From NCBI GenBank assembly GCA_038231435.1, contig JBBRLJ010000059.1:1-27130 (forward strand): a DNA stretch of 27,130 bases, in the 5' to 3' direction. The notes beneath the pieces were generated by a model. It had not been told where the DNA came from, did not search any database, and was given only the letters and a program-made list of their open reading frames with translations. Below, in pieces: positions 25,197 through 27,130 of this stretch. The stretch comes from Planctomycetota bacterium. GTDB taxonomy: Bacteria > Planctomycetota > UBA11346. Within the stretch, counting starts at the first letter, position 1; the number at the start of each line of letters is the position of its first letter. Position numbers and translations under genes: made by a program.

Positions 25197-26176
25197 AGGG
25201 GCCGATCGTCGTCACCGGCGCGGCCGGCTTCATCGGCCGCAACCTGATCGCTGAACTCAACCGCCGCGGGCGGTCGGACATCGTCGCGGTCGACCGCCTC
25301 GGCTCTGACGAGCGCTGGAGCAACTTGGTTGGCCTGGCCTTCGATGAGCTGCTCGACGCGGATCGCTTCCTCGCAGACGCCATCGTCGATCGCGCGGCTC
25401 CGGCGGGAACGGTGATCCATCTCGGCGCCTGCAGCGCGACCACCGAGCGCGACGCCGGATTCCTGCTGCGCAACAATTACGACTACACCCGGGCGTTGTG
25501 CGATTGGAGCCAGCGCCGTGGCGCGCGCTTCGTCTATGCCTCGAGCGCCGCTACCTACGGCGACGGCTCGCGCGGCTACAGCGACGACGATGCCGTGACG
25601 CCGACCCTCGAGCCACTCAACATGTACGGCTACTCGAAGCATCTTTTCGATCTGTGGGCATTGCGCGGCGGAGCGCTGCGCGGCATCGCTGGAGTTAAGT
25701 ACTTCAATGTCTACGGGCCGTTCGAGGACCATAAGCAGGACATGCGCTCGGTGATCTGCACATCGCACGCGCGCATCCTCGCCGGCGACGGCATCGAGCT
25801 GTTCAAATCGTACCGTCCTGATTACCAGGATGGTCAGCAGCGCCGCGATTTCGTGTACGTGCGCGATGCCATCGCGGTCACGCTCTTCCTCGCCGGCGAT
25901 GGCGCGCCATCCGGACTGTTCAATTGCGGCACCGGCGTGGCCAGGTCATGGCACGACCTGGCGCTGTCGCTGTACGCCGCGCTCGGCCTGCCGGCGCGGA
26001 TCCGCATGGTCGACATGCCTGAATCGCTCAAAGAGAAGTACCAGTACTTCACCCAGGCCGATATGGGCAAGCTGCGCCGCGCCGGCTATGTTCAGCCTTT
26101 CACCTCGCTCGAGGACGGTGTGCGCGACTATGTGCTCTCGCACCTCGGAGCGGCGCCCGCGTCGGGAGCGGCGTGA
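25193..26176 (+). CDS. hldD: ADP-L-glycero-D-manno-heptose 6-epimerase
   Basis: TGAAGFIG, YASSAATYG, PLNMYGYSK, YFNVYGP, RDFVYV, YQYFTQAD; ATGA overlap with upstream gene. Confidence 0.95.
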   Translation: MKGPIVVTGAAGFIGRNLIAELNRRGRSDIVAVDRLGSDERWSNLVGLAFDELLDADRFLADAIVDRAAPAGTVIHLGACSATTERDAGFLLRNNYDYTRALCDWSQRRGARFVYASSAATYGDGSRGYSDDDAVTPTLEPLNMYGYSKHLFDLWALRGGALRGIAGVKYFNVYGPFEDHKQDMRSVICTSHARILAGDGIELFKSYRPDYQDGQQRRDFVYVRDAIAVTLFLAGDGAPSGLFNCGTGVARSWHDLALSLYAALGLPARIRMVDMPESLKEKYQYFTQADMGKLRRAGYVQPFTSLEDGVRDYVLSHLGAAPASGAA

Positions 26177-26244
26177 ACGCCACCTGCTCCTGAACGACGG
26201 TCGTCAGTCCACTCGATCGGCTATGTCTGCTCCTCGGCCGCACA

Positions 26245-26568
26245 TCAATCAGGATCGATGGAGTGACCTTCGAAATCAGAGAGGTGCTTCGCTGCCTCGG
26301 TCCGAATTTTCACGAGATGCCCAGCCCAATGTGAATAGAAGGAATCACGTTTTGCCGCCTCATTGGCGGTAGAGATGTCCTGGTCCAACTTTTCCAGGCG
26401 AGCACGTAGGCATTTGCCCAGTCCCGCTGCAACCTCGGCATCCATCCGAGTGAGTTTGGCAGACACTCTCTTCGATGAAGGTTTCCGTTCTGTTACCTGG
26501 TCTGGACCTGTGTCAGCCTGATCCTCAGGGATCTCGTCGAGTTCGTCATCGCTGGCCTTGGTTCCCAC
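26245..26568 (-). CDS. Hypothetical protein (107 aa)
   Basis: Purine-rich RBS AAGGGAAGA before GTG; acidic N-terminus and helical C-terminus; low GC3. Confidence 0.5.
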   Translation of the reverse strand: MGTKASDDELDEIPEDQADTGPDQVTERKPSSKRVSAKLTRMDAEVAAGLGKCLRARLEKLDQDISTANEAAKRDSFYSHWAGHLVKIRTEAAKHLSDFEGHSIDPD

Positions 26569-26990
26569 GCTCTTCCCTTATATGTCCGTTGTGGTCATAG
26601 TGCTCGGGACTGCGTTGGTCGCAATCACCCAGAAGCCGCCGCGAGCTTGAAGCGGTGATGCCATACCCCGTTGTCGCCGATGCGGATCTGAGCACATCGA
26701 AGGAGGATGTCCCGCTCCAGGGGCTCCTCCTGATCGGCCGGTAACGAGGAGTGATCCAGCCACATAAACATCGGGTCGGTCCGAGCCATCACGTCGATGG
26801 TCTGAGTCGTGATGCTAGAGGTTTACGAAGGAATGGTCCGGTGATCTCTCATCAACTCGCATGCTTTTAGACGGTGATTGGTCACGATTGCTTCATGGAG
26901 CCGCATCAAGGATCGGTGCAATACACGCATGCGCTCCTGAGTCGGGTTTAGACTGCGGACCTCTAGGATCACTCCAACCAAAGGAAATCA

Positions 26991-27130
26991 GGCTCTGCGT
27001 CACTTTGTGTGGGTACTTCTCAGATCCAGTTTTCCCGCGATGAGATACGCCATGAGGATGAACGTCTCGTGGTTCCGGTATCCACGCGCCTTTCGTTTGG
27101 CCGCTTGGACGAGGCTGGCCAGGGCTTCCA
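26991..27130 (-). mobile_element. Right end of an ISL3-family insertion sequence
   Basis: Terminal GGCTCTGCGTCACTTTGTGTGGG from 26991 (ISL3 ends commonly begin GGCTCT), overlapping the transposase stop. Confidence 0.85.
27000..27130 (-). CDS. ISL3-family transposase, C-terminal part (partial)
   Basis: Manual translation: EALASLVQAAKRKARGYRNHETFILMAYLIAGKLDLRSTHTK*, a typical ISL3 C-terminus; not in ORF track. Confidence 0.88.
   Translation of the reverse strand, partial: EALASLVQAAKRKARGYRNHETFILMAYLIAGKLDLRSTHTK

Noticed and set aside
1..27130. CRISPR array, tRNA/rRNA, retron or reverse transcriptase
   Set aside because: No regularly spaced direct repeats, cloverleaf or rRNA signatures, or YxDD RT ORF were seen by eye.

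Overview
GC-rich bacterial DNA in three blocks; the gene content suggests a planctomycete-like host (inference only). (1) 1-~9770 is a mobile or accessory block. It holds a KfrA/TnpT-like coiled-coil DNA-binding gene (missed by the ORF track) divergent from a tyrosine recombinase around a candidate recombination site, several phage-like small ORFs, a probable brxA remnant, and umuD-umuC-SRAP. These are followed by an unusual protein with six C-x8-C-x9-C-x2-H repeats fused to a PIN domain. Two ~200-nt foldable intergenic segments flank umuDC. (2) ~9770-26176 is a visibly more GC-rich metabolic block: a 3'-truncated GH32, AraC regulator, GH16-like lipoprotein, an ApbE/PepSY/DUF2271 flavinylation operon, a non-RD Ser/Thr kinase, a secreted hypothetical protein, and a GntR-LacI regulator. 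A palindromic operator candidate precedes an ADP-heptose-like operon (PfkB kinase fused to a HAD phosphatase, HldC-like, HldD). (3) 26177-27130 is less GC-rich, with hypothetical ORFs and the right end of an ISL3 element. The best candidates for undescribed systems are the zinc-finger-repeat/PIN gene linked to umuDC-SRAP and the apparently regulated kinase-HAD/HldC/HldD operon. All family calls come from motif recognition by eye; no searches were run.
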